Program-made: the position numbers and the translations under genes
Origin: Curvularia clavata
Taxonomy: Eukaryota
DNA: 64,000 nucleotides
Direction: 5' to 3'
Assembly (NCBI GenBank): GCA_023920165.1
Contig: CP089274.1
Location: 4,960,001 to 5,024,000 of the forward strand
In this document: positions 12,210 through 23,775 of the stretch, one piece after another
Layout of the letters: every line of letters begins with the position of its first letter
Numbering within the stretch: position 1 is the stretch's first letter
Notes under the pieces: model-generated
What the model saw: the letters and a program-made list of their open reading frames with translations, nothing else
Databases searched by the model: none
What the model was told of the DNA's origin: nothing

Positions 12210-12244
12210 GAGAGAGAGTGTGTGTGTGAGAGAGAGAGAGAGAG
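12210..12244 (+). repeat. Compound (GA)n(GT)n(GA)n microsatellite in the probable homeobox 3' UTR
   Basis: gagagagagtgtgtgtgtgagagagagagagagag read directly. Confidence 0.85.
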
Positions 12245-12457
12245 ATGGCAGCAGATCAGATGATGCCGAAAACGGAGCCTCGCAAAAGTGTGGTAGATGT
12301 GAGGAAAAGATTTGGTTGCTCCAGATGGGCCCATTGAGGGGTCGAGCAAGTAAACAAGATTTGGAGCAATAATAGCTGGGGTATAATAAGAAGGTTATTT
12401 GTGAGTCGCGGCGATGAGAGAGCTCAATGAGAAATCATGTACGTGTTTGTTTTTTCG

Positions 12458-14852
12458 CTATTGTCCGCCGAAATCTCCTGGTCCTTGGTTGGCGAAGATG
12501 TAGCTTTTGGGCTGGGGTTCGTTTGGCCGGCGCATGAAGTTGCCTTGTGCGGGGTTGTTCCCGCCTCCCTGCGGTGGGTTGTACTGGTGTACGAGAAAAT
12601 CAGGCATGGCCGAGACCTGAGGCGCAAAAGGAACATTGTGGTGGATGCCACTGAGGGAGAGGTCTTTGTAGTCGTCATAGTTCATGTTACCAGGAGGCAT
12701 GTATTGCAAGCTGCCATCATCTGGTTGATTCTGCGCGCTCTCGACGGGTAGTGACGGTCTTCTGAAATGCGACGGCTTGGGCTGTTGTATGGTAAGATCG
12801 GTGGTGGAGTGAAAGCCAGAGCGCATTTGGGGCTGCTGCACGTAAGGGGATCGGCCAAAGTTCTGCTGAGTGGGGGGTGCCGATTGCGGTGGCGTATCAC
12901 GATACAGGGCATCGTTGGCAAGGCGAGCTTGCAGATCTGTGGACGTCGACGGCGGCAAGGTGGTCTTGGCAATGACGTTCCCAGCCTGATCTGAGGACCA
13001 ATTCGTGTGCAAGCTCTCTGGACTGTTGTGATCAGGCATGGCTGAGTGTGGCCTGATAACCGCAGCCCCACCCCAGTAATTGCCAAAATCCTGCGGAGTC
13101 AATGGGGTTGGTGGTGCCAGACTGCCACCTTGGCCTACCGTGGTCGTGCTCGAGGTGGAAAACGTTCGCGCAAACTTGGGTGATGCCGCAGCCTCGGAGA
13201 AGCTCATAGCCATAGGCGAACGCTGTGCTGAGCCGGGCTGTGACTTTTGAACACGGCCACCGACGTTTGCAATACCGGTTGAGCGGATCCTGCGAATGAC
13301 CTTGTCGTTGTTGCCTCCCGGCGAGGGCATGGGGGCGGAGTACGAGGCGCTGCGCATTGCGGTCGAGCTGAGATTGATTGGACGCTTCTGCCGTCTTGCT
13401 GCAATACTCGAAGACTGATCAGCAGGTGAGAAACCCTCTGGTGTGCTATTTCTAATGTGTATTGCGTCCATGTTGGTGGCCAGGTTACTTGTGGAGGAGT
13501 TCCTGCGGGCAAAGGCATCCTCGCGGAAGTGCAGTGGAATGTCAAGATCAGAAGGCGCAGCACTGAGCCTGCGCGCTTGCTCCGGTGTAGTCATAATGGC
13601 GCTTGCGGATGCGTTCATCTGTTCGTAGAAGCCCGTGTTCATATACATTTGGCCGGATCCATCCTGGGGCCAGAAAGGCAGTGTCTGTTCGGAAGCGGAT
13701 GCCTGAGTGATGTTGTAAGGCGCAAACTGGTCCTCTGGTTCCTCGGCCTGCTTGGGTTGGGCCAGTGCGTTGGGGTCCTCTGTCCAACCGGTATACACCG
13801 AATTCAACGAGGCAATGGATGGTGGTGTGGGCCCGCTTGGAGACTGTGTAGTGGCGGAGGATTGAGTGCCATTGTAGGGTGAAGCACCCGAGGATATTGA
13901 TGCTGCACTCTGCTGGGCCTCTGGTGCGCTTGAGTTTGTGGTGTTAGTAGCCGTGAGGGCCGAATAGTCTACCTGAAAGTCGGCAAAATTATCGAATTCC
14001 GGGTGTGAGGGAGCCAAGTCACCAGACATTGGCGCGGGTACACTGAAGGCAAGGTCGCTGGAGAATCCGTTGGACATTCCAGTGGTGTCGTATGGAAAAT
14101 CAGACTCTTGGGCACTGGCCGGCATGCCGCTATTGTGCAGATAAGCACCATTAGTCGCAGCCATGATGGAGTTCATAAGATCATTAGGACGATAAGAGGA
14201 GCGATTAGCTTCGGGAATGTACTGGAGCATGTCGTATTGTTGCTGTGGCTGTTGTTGCTGCGGGTGCTGTGGGTGCTGCTGGAGATGCTGTTGCTGTGGC
14301 TGAGGTTGGGGTGGTGGTGGTTGCTGGTGCTGCACCATCTGTGAACCCAGGTCGAGGGTTGACGGACCTTCGCCAGGCTGCACAGGCATAGTTGCAGGGC
14401 TTATGCTTGCCGTCGAGTAGTAGTCTGGTTGCATGAGCATATGAGGCTGCTGTTGCTGCTGCTGCTGTTGTTCTGGGAGATGGGCGTAGTCAATGGGCAT
14501 GCCGTGGGGCTGGGCAAACGGCAGGTTCATGGTCATGTTGTATTGATTCATGAGCTTCTTGCGGTCTTGCTTGACCTTTGCGCGGCGGTTCTGGAACCAG
14601 TTCTACAGCCAAGTTAGCCATGCTTCGCAGGATACAGCGTGTTTTGGGGGGGTCACTCGCATTGATCTTGTCGAGGGGGACGCCAAGGCGGGTCGCGAAT
14701 TCCTTCTTGACATTGGTGCTGGGCTTGTGCTGGGCAAGGAAATGCTGCTCGAGGATGTCGTGCTGGTCCTTTGTGAGACGGGGCTTGACATCGCTGCCAG
14801 GCGGTTTGGGCGCAGGCGGCGCGGTTGTCGAGGCGGCGGTGGTGGAGTCCAT
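12458..14852 (-). CDS. Homeobox transcription factor (Pah1/HTF1/HbxA-like developmental regulator); GC-AG intron 14660-14603
   Basis: Homeodomain KPRLTKDQHDILEQHFLAQHKPSTNVKKEFATRLGVPLDKIN|NWFQNRRAKVKQDRKK, followed by a long Q/P/S-rich region with IAARRQKRP and PPTPLTP motifs. ATG is in a strong context (GCACCATGG). Orthology is inferred. Confidence 0.9.
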
Positions 14853-15445
14853 GGTGCCGCGTCCAGCGACGAGGCAGGGCGGGCGAGGGCAGGGCGCGGC
14901 GACCGCGGCGGATGCGGATGCGAGGAAGAGTAGAGGGTAGCAGGCGTAGTAGTGGTAATAGCAGTACAATAGCAGCGGGAGGTAGTGGCAGGAGTAGTAG
15001 CAGTAGCAGCAGGCGATAGGCGTTCCTGGGGTTCAGGCGATAGGCAGGATATGCGTTGAGCGGGCACGGATACGCGGGCAGCACCAGGGAAACGGGGGCA
15101 GAGAGTAGCGAGCGACAATGACGAGGGCGGCAGCGAGGCGAGGGGTTGGGGCGGACGACAAGGAAACGAGGGAATCCAGCGCGAGGGCGCGGCAGCAAAA
15201 AGGCACGAAGCGAGAGTCGAGGCGAGGCGATGGATGATGAGACGAGACGAGACGGGGAAAGAAGGACGGACAGGGACAATGGGATGGGATGCTGGTGGGA
15301 GCTAGTAGGCGGCGGAGCGCGGTGCGAGGTGCGTGGTGCGTGGTGCTGGTGCTGGTGCTCTACTGCGTGCGTGGTGCTGGCCTGGCCTGGCTTGGTGCGG
15401 GCTGGGGCGTCCTGGCCGGGCTGCGGGCTGCGGGCTGCTTGCTTG

Positions 15446-15474
15446 CTGGCTGCTGGCTGCTGGCTGCTGGCTGC
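15446..15474 (+). repeat. (CTGGCTG)4 heptamer repeat in the GC-rich homeobox upstream region
   Basis: ctggctgctggctgctggctgctggctgc read directly. Confidence 0.75.
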
Positions 15475-17214
15475 GTGCGCTGCTCATGCTCATGCTCCCA
15501 CTCCACTCATGCGGGCGCCCTGGCTGCCGGCCGCTTGGTTGGCCGGAACTGCCAAACGTGCTAAGCCACTGAACCCCCCGCCCGTCTCGCTGCGTCAAAA
15601 ATAGCCTAGCCTGCCCTCACTCGCATTCCGCGACGCTCTCTGTCTCCACGCCAGCCCTCCTTGTCCGCTTGCAAGTCGTTCGGCCTGCTGCACCTCTCTT
15701 CTCGCCCTGCGCTGCGCCGCGCCGTGCGTGTGCCTGGGCGCGCGTGCATGTGCCTGACCTGCTGGGCACGCCGCCCGACGACGCTGCACGCTGGCCCGGC
15801 GCTTCCAACAACCCCACGGGCTGATTGGCTGTCCGCCCATCCAGCCACTGGGTACACATGGGCCGTACTCGCCGTGGCAGATACAGTACCGCGGCGGCTG
15901 TGATCCGCCCGAGCGAGGGCGGGAGAGCAGTGTCCCACATCCTGATACCATGCGCTGCAGCTTGGGCCCCAAAAGACCCCCCCGTTCGGAGAATATGGTC
16001 TGTTCTGGTCGGCCTGCACGTAATATCCATGATACGCCTTCGTCTCCTCTCATCAACCCACGGGCCTTGTCAGAAAACTGTGCGTCTGCCTCCATCAACC
16101 AACGCCAGCTAGCCCGCGGCGTGGCTTCAACGTGGCCGGCCGCCTGGGGGGAACCTGGTGGCGTCCACCACCTCGCCTGCATCCTCTGAACGTCGTGCTG
16201 CCCACCTGCCTTGCCTTTGACGACTCGCCGACCACTACCAGCCCTTTGGCAACCGCCGCCGGCCCGAGACACGCCCTGGCTTTGGTGTCCCTCGTCCAAT
16301 GTCGTCCGTCGGCGCACGGCCAAGGGGGGAGGGGGGGCACATCACACCCCTCGTCTGCTTCCTCATCATGTACCATGTCGCGCGCGCCCATTCGGCCTCC
16401 ATGGCTGCTGCTGCTATCATGCCTCCTGCGCGTACCTTGCAGCAACCAAAGGGGGCCCCTTCAGTACCACGACTCCATGGGACCCAAAAATGGCCCCAGC
16501 TCGCCCTGTCCTAATACTACTCCTCCTCCTCCTAGCTCTCTCTCTCGACTCAGCATTCGCCAGCCTTGCCGGATAAGCCGGGCTAGCCTCTTTGGGCTTG
16601 CCGAAGTACTGCGTGGTGTGTCGCATCGCATGAGATGCCCCATTCTGAAGTGAGTCAGGGTGGAGTGGTGTGTACAGAGTGACGGCATGGCGAACTACTG
16701 CAGTCCCAAGACGTCAGTTAGGACAGCCGCGAGGGCAGGCGACGGCGGCGACGGCGGCGGGCGTGGTGCGACACGGCCGGCACTTGGGCGCACGTAGGAG
16801 TAGTTTGCAAAGAGACGAGACAAGACGACTAGTTTGGAGTAGGTTCAAACGACTTGGCGGCGGCCAAATGTTTGGCGGGGCGGCATAATGGTGCCTGTCC
16901 GTTTGCTCGCTCAGGCCAACCGAGTCAACGACCGTGACTAGACCGCCATTGGCTCTCTGCCCGCCGCCCAGGCTATGTGCATGCGTCTACTCCTCCCTAC
17001 TCCACCATTGCCCGTCGCCTACCATCAATACATGCTCCGCCTGCACGTCTGACTGTAGCTGAGTAACACCACATACATACATTCTGCACATCAGGACAAC
17101 GAGGAGAAAAGGCCGCACAGTAAGCACGCGCCACGGGACCACCTGCCACTCAAACTAAAACACCCCCGCACGTGAGCGGGACGGCGTCATGTCATGGACA
17201 ATACAACTCGTCTC

Positions 17215-18135
17215 CTACACTAACGCCTTTGCAATCTTAATCTCACCCTCGCCCGTCGTCTTGTCCCATGAGTGAAGCGTGACGCTCCGCATGTCTTGAA
17301 CAATGTAATCCGGCCCGGCCTCTACCAGCTGTTGCAGCGTGTGCGATGTGTGAAGGGCCACGACCGTGTACCCGGCCGCCTTTCCTGACCGGATGCCCGC
17401 CGGCGCATCCTCAAACACAATAATCGACGGCTTCTGTTCTTTGAGTTCAAGCTTCTCCGCGCCCATTCGGTAGCACGTTGGGTCCGGCTTGCCGTTCAGC
17501 ACGTCTTCCGCCGTTACCAGGTTCTTGGGATGCGCCAACTTCATCACATCAAGCCATCCTTGGACAAGCGGCCGTGTCCCTGAAGTCACAATGCACCATG
17601 GAACCGCCTCTTCTTCTAGTCGGTCCAGCAATGCACGCGATCCGGGAATCTCGACCGCATCCTGCCCAAACTCCTTGGGCACCAGTCCTTCCACACGGCA
17701 AATGTCTGTGTCGTCAGTCAAGCGTTTTCACCAAGCAATGTCTTGTGCTACTCACACTCCCAGTTGGCGAGCTTCGGTTCATAAAGGTTAAGTGTATCCA
17801 TCGATCTCCGGCCGTGTGAACTGGCCAGGATTACTTCAGGAGCAACCCCAATCTCCTTCCCAATCCTGGCGGTGTACGTGTCAGCTTAAGCCTGTGCATG
17901 CCTTGCAACAACACATACTTGTGCCACATGTGTTCAATGGCAACTGTCGAATCGATGATTGTACCACTATCAAGTTTAGCCATAATTGCCCGAATATCAG
18001 ATCAATCACTCACTCCATGTCGAACAGCTATACATAGTCAGTCGACAAGTTGCGGTCAGTGGATGATATCCTTACCAAGCCATGGCACTTGATTGTCTGC
18101 GTAGACGCTGAAAAGGAAGGCTCCGGTACAGTCAT
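17215..18135 (-). CDS. GPP1: HAD-superfamily phosphatase (glycerol-3-phosphatase / 2-deoxyglucose-6-phosphatase type); 5 exons including a 14-nt micro-exon 18027-18014
   Basis: Spliced motif I LFDMDGTIIDS, then SHGRRS, IVTSGT, GKPDP and VFEDAPAGIRSGKAAG. The GT-AG introns have branch sites. The symbol is by family resemblance. Confidence 0.85.
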
Positions 18136-18596
18136 GTTTGTCTCGTTGGAAATGTGTATAGTACGTTGGCAAGTCTGAAGATGCTCATAGGCTTTTATGC
18201 GGTTGAGAATGACTATGCATGCTGAGGGAAAGATACACCACACACGGTTAGCCACATCCGGAATCCTATCCGTTGTTTTTCCCGATGTCGCAGCCAATCA
18301 TGATGACGTTTGTGGGTGATGGCCCGGACCATAGGAGCAACCACTATTCTCAAAGGTACTGTATATTCTCAGAAGAAGGAATAGCATCCGATATGCAGAC
18401 GCCATGATGACATGCGTATACACTGGTTTCTGTGTCTTTGCAAACATGTGAGCTTGAGCAGAATGGAGGCAGTGGGGGATCAGTGGGTCGCGCTAGTTAG
18501 GCGGCAAAGAGCGGCAGTATTTTCCACCTGCCGAACTTTTTTGAAGACATCGAAATTTTGACCACGACACACTCAAACACAAGCCTGCGATCCACA

Positions 18597-20348
18597 ATGA
18601 AGGTCGGAAGTAAGAGAAGCTCCGGCCGCTAAATTCTGTGCACTGCTAACACCCAGTCTCAGAGCCAAAATCTAAGCGCGTACCTGTGCGCCTGCGCCAC
18701 AAGATCGAAAAGGCATCGGCGGCCAAGCAGAAGAAAGCCAGAAAGCTCGCAAAGAAGGTATGAAGGCGGCGAACTATGAATCCGCTCATACGCTCATGCG
18801 TGCAGGATCCCACATGGAGAAGCAAGATGAAGAAGGAGCCTGGCATTCCCAACCTGTTTCCCTACAAGGACAAGATCTTGGCAGAGGCGGAAGAACAGCG
18901 AAGGCAGAGAGAAGAGGAGAATGCGCGCCGACGGCAGTTAGCGAAGGAGCAAAAATTGAATGGCGCATCCGCCGAGGAAGCCATGGAGGATGACGACGAG
19001 TTTGAGCAGTTCGATGCCGAAGGCGATGAGCTGCTTGCGGAAGACAGCAGCGAAGATGAAGATTCCATGCAGGTGGTACGTTTACCAACTGTACCGCAAT
19101 GCGCAGAAATTTGCTAAGATGTACCAGGACAACAAGCTCAATCCCATGGCTGCGCTTCTCGCATCTGCAAAGGCACGCGCTGCTGAATTCGAGAAGAACG
19201 ATCGCGACGCAGATGCAATGGAAGATAGTGAAGACGAGGACGAGGACGAGGATGGCGGAGTCAAAGTCCGGAAAGATGCGTCCAGGAAGCAGTTTGATAA
19301 GGTCTACAAGCAAGTTGTTGACTCGGCAGATGTGGTTTTGTACGTCCTCGACGCCAGAGACCCCATGGGAACGCGATCGAAAGAGGTGGAGCAGGCAGTC
19401 ATGGCAGCAGACCGTTCCAGCAAGCGCCTGATATTCATCCTGAACAAGATCGATCTTATCCCTCCACCAGCTCTCCGCGCATGGCTCGTCCACCTCCGCC
19501 GCTCCTTCCCTACCCTCCCTCTCCGCGCATCCAAGCCTGCGCCTAACGCCAAGACGTTTGAGCACAAGGACCTGACTATGAAGGGCACGTCCGAGACCCT
19601 TTTCAAGGCCCTCAAGACTTTTGCCGAGTCGCGACAGCTCAAGCGCTCGGTCAAGGTTGGCATCATTGGATATCCCAACGTCGGCAAGTCTTCGGTCATC
19701 AACGCCTTGACTTCAAGACTAGGAGGCCGCTCTGCTGGTTGCCCGACTGGCGCTGAGGCTGGTGTTACAACCAGCCTGCGTGAAGTCAAGCTTGACAACA
19801 AGCTGAAGCTCATCGACTCCCCCGGTATCGTCTTCCCAAACACTGAGGGTTCTAAGCAGAGCAAAGTACAGCAGCAAGCACGACTCATCCTTCTCAACGC
19901 TGTTCCGCCCAGAGAGATTGAAGACCCTATCCCAGCTGTAACACTTTTGTTGAAGAGGCTGTCATCTTCAGAGGAACTGTTCGCCAAGCTCATGGAGGTT
20001 TACGATCTACCGCCACTGCACACCATTGGTGACGACAGGACGACCGACTTTCTGGTCCAGGTAGCAAGGAAAAGAGGCCGGCTCGGCAGGGGCGGCATTC
20101 CCAACATGCATGCCGCAGCACAGACTGTCATCAACGACTGGAGAGACGGCCGCATTCAAGGATGGACCAGCCCGCCCAAGTACGTCCCTACGGAGACTAC
20201 AACAACAAAGACGGCGCCTGCTCAGAAGGAGGGTCTTGTCGGCGATCAGAAGGAGATTGTCAAGGAATGGGCTGCTGAATTCAAACTCGAGGGTCTCTGG
20301 GGTGACGATTCAAACGACACCGCGGCACCAGATGCTATGGAAATGTAA
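18597..20348 (+). CDS. NUG1: Nuclear GTPase of pre-60S particles (Nug1/Grn1/nucleostemin family); 3 introns
   Basis: Basic N-terminus MKVGKPKSKRVPVRLRHKIEK...PGIPNLFPYK. Circularly permuted G motifs DARDP, NKID, GYPNVGKSS, DSPG. Confidence 0.95.
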
Positions 20349-20882
20349 AGACGAGAGTCGATTGGCGAAATGGCGTTCATGTGGGGCTGTAGTACTGGCT
20401 TTTCTAAGAAGAGGAATGAGATCTCAACTAGATATCACAATCATACTATGACAGCTATTTTACAACCGTATGAGGGCACAGCGCCGGCATGCAGTTGGAC
20501 ATGACGTGATAGGTATTACGTGATATTCAAACCGGCGTTGCGCCAACGTTCTAGCAACATGTTGACAAGTTTGTGACAGTAGCTCTGTATCTCAGTATTG
20601 GTAGAAGTCACAGAATAGATCTGTACGCCGCTCTACCTAAGACTTGGTGCTGAAATACCTGTTTTTACCCTCCGTAAGCATGTTATGCAGAAGAACTACG
20701 TCCTTCCTAATTGAGGCTTGCGTCACCACCAACTTCAACTTCGCCCCCACTATAGGCTAAACTTCAGCCTCGTCCACCCAGAAATTGAAATGTCATATAT
20801 TATGACAGCCTTTCTTTCATTTGAAGCCAAACATAAGCACTGAAACGCGCAGGTGTATTGCACCTAAGACCACATCTCGAAC

Positions 20883-23006
20883 ATGACTCGCAAGGCTGAG
20901 CACAATCATGAACTCAACGAGTTACCGTTTGTCAAATCCTTCTGATTCTCAGATGATATGCTGACACGTATAGAAATCACAGTTCTTCTGCCAGGCTCCT
21001 TGATGTCGAACGTCCAAAGTTGAAGTGTGCACCACCGCTGAAGGAAACGAATTCCAAAATTCGAGTTTTCCTGAAGCATCTTGGACTCCAGCTCCCAGAC
21101 ACCCTGGTTGGAGCCGCATTTGCATGGAGATCTCCAGAGGAGCATCGGAAGGTTGCCATATACCAGAATCGAAGTATGGCAGCCTTAAACAGTCTTCTCC
21201 ATCTAGTCCCGATTAGTGCCTGTATCGTTCTTCTAGTCCTTTTCTGGTCGAAGAAATGGACTGGGGGTCCTTCTGATAATGCGACTACTCTGCAGTTTGT
21301 CGCAAAACTCCATGAGCTGCTTATGCAATCCTCGCTCATCGCTATCTTACTTCACATCATCCGAAGCCAAGCAATCAATGGCTTCATACCGTTAGGCGCC
21401 CTTTCGGGGGCTACAAAAGGCCCTCAATTATCCTACTTGTGGTCCCTGGACTTTTTTTCCGCAATAATGTCTTCAAAATTCGGTAAAAGAAGTAAGGTTT
21501 CGTTCGCTCTATCGACGTTAGGGCTGCTGGTTTTGACTGGAGTCGTCGGTCCATCATCAGCAGTGTTAATGATACCAAGGCCAGGAATGCCATACGATCA
21601 AATCAAAGAAACAATTTATATGAATGTTTCGGAGCTCGAGACTTTCCCTTCGAGCTTCAACTACACGCATAACTTGAACTTGTATGCAAATTACAGTTCC
21701 GAGTCTTAGGAATACCACTAACACCTTCCTTAGCTCCACTTTCGACCAACGATATGACACTCGGCCCCTAGAATTTTACAAGGACAGTGTAGGCACCAAG
21801 TTTGCTACTGGTCTTTGGGGGGATGTTTATCGTAGCAGAACCATGAAGATATCCACTGTGATGTCACCAGAATTGAAACCCCTCCAATCGATTGTAACGA
21901 TTCCAACAGTTCTGAGCATGACACAACTGTCGAATCGAATGGACATTTTACATCAGGTACTCCCTGCATCGACGACCGATGAATTCGCAAATATAACTCT
22001 AATCATCACCACTTCACAACCCGTAACTTTGGTTACATGCTCGCTGGTTCCATCTATCGAAGATGAAGATGTATACTACCTCCTCCATAATAGGACGAGT
22101 CGGTTCCTCTCAACTGCTGCCGATATGTATGAGCGCATGCGTAGGTCGAACGAATCTTTCACGGGTAATGGAGAATGGCTGCCACCACTGTGGATGCCAT
22201 CGCCCGAGGATCCAGCTTCTCTGATCATAGTAATTCTTCTTAACCGGAAATCTGACGGGAAGTCATTTGTTACATGCACTGTAACGCCTTTTTGGTGGAG
22301 AGCAAAGACATGGAGGAGTGCCTGGTCAAACCAAATAATATACACTGATCTTCCTGCTATGGAACATGTCTCAAAGCAATTTGGTTTCAGGCCGATTACC
22401 ATCGCTACAGAAGGAATTGCCGCAATAAACTCTGTACGGTGGCTCGAAGAGATCGGCGAATTAACGGCACCATTCATTACCCCGGACATAGTAGCGACGA
22501 TGTTTGTTTCTGCAATATCCCAGTTCCCAGGTCGGTCTCCGGATGACAAAGAAGACATTGATGAAAAGTATTTGAGTGGGATCGAGGCTTCAGAGATAGT
22601 TCCAGAGAGTCACACCCAGTTTGAATACACTGCAACTAGCTATGGGTATGGGTATGGCGCTACCGACACGTCGATTCGTCTCTCCGTTGCAGTCATCATT
22701 GCCTACTGCATCATCGCCATTCTCTATGTCATATACATTATCGCCACAGGCCACACCTCGATTGCCTGGGACTCCGCGACCGAGCTCATAATGCTAGCCC
22801 TCCAGTCAAAAGAGCCCAAGGACCTGGGATACGTGTCCGTGGGCCTATGTTCTACGGAGACTTTTCGCAGGGGCGTGGGCATCAGAGTTAGCACCGTCAA
22901 AGACGATGAGACAGGAGAGTTGAGGGAGAAGCTTGAGCTAGTTTTTGACAATGTGGAGACGGAGAAAAGGGGACTGACAAAGGTTGTACGAGGTAACGCA
23001 TACTAA
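20883..23006 (+). CDS. Uncharacterised fungal multi-pass membrane protein; 2 introns (about 20927-20973 and 21682-21733)
   Basis: ORFs 21020-21709 and 21684-23006 join through a GTATGC...CTAAC...TAG intron. N-terminal TM block with LQFVAKLHELLMQSSL and VGPSSAVLMIPR; C-terminal TM followed by AWDSATELIMLALQS. The start is inferred via an upstream intron. Confidence 0.75.
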
Positions 23007-23158
23007 GGTATTACATCCAGTGTATCAGAGGCTATCTTTATCTTTTATCTGGACCTTTTCGTTACCCCTTTGGTAGCCATAGAGATGAGATGTGGTGAGC
23101 ACCACTGCAGATCCCGTCATAACTAGCGTTTGTTGCCTTCACAAGCATTTTACACAAT

Positions 23159-23284
23159 GTAGAGTCGTTATTTATTTCCGTTTTTATTTCCCATAACTGG
23201 CTTGCCTGCGGCGATTGGCCCAAAATATACACCACATAAATGAGCGGCAGGCCGCCCCTCAGCCCAGTAGAGTCGTTATTTATT
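23159..23284 (+). repeat. Perfect 18-bp direct repeat GTAGAGTCGTTATTTATT (23159-23176, 23267-23284) upstream of 5S copy 1
   Basis: Read directly. The second copy covers about -38 to -21 of the 5S start. Confidence 0.8.
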
Positions 23285-23304
23285 ACACAATTCCATAAAA
23301 CGCT

Positions 23305-23423
23305 ACATACGACCATAGGCAAAGTTGACCTCTGGCTCTCGTCTGCTCGCCACACGATAAATCTTTGACCGGCGGGTTAGTAGTCAGGTGGGTGACCACT
23401 GGTGAATCCCCGCTGTCGTATGT
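23305..23423 (+). rRNA. 5S rRNA gene, dispersed copy 1 (divergent isotype)
   Basis: 119 nt with an ACATACGAC...GTCGTATGT terminal helix, the conserved GGTTAGTAGT...GGGTGACC...GAATCC core, and a downstream T-run (Pol III terminator). Confidence 0.93.
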
Positions 23424-23775
23424 TTTTGCTTTTTGCCTCTCTTTGGGCTGGTCACGTGAGAATCACGGACTGGCTGGGCGCAACTTCCCATTGAAAATGT
23501 CGTCAATCATCAGCTTGGCTTCTGAACCGCTACTGACCGAAAACAAATTGCGACATCGGCCCATGATGGTGGTGAAAACCTCCTCTGGCGCTGCAGCTCC
23601 ACGCCGATTGTGGTGCGGCAGACATGTTCGCGACCACAGCTACGATGGACTGCCCCACACTCTCGGCTTTCGTCGGCTCACCCCCAGAGCTCATGCATGT
23701 CGAGCTTCATGATTTGGGGTACATAACGAGAAGCCCCAAACATTTTGACTGTCCGACACTCCAAGTATATTCACA

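Noticed and set aside
15146..16888. Many overlapping ORFs upstream of the homeobox gene
   Set aside because: GC-rich, low-complexity promoter DNA with few stop codons; no protein-like sequence.
18300..18411. ATGATGA motifs resembling snoRNA box C
   Set aside because: No matching box D or recognisable rRNA guide; they lie in a divergent promoter.
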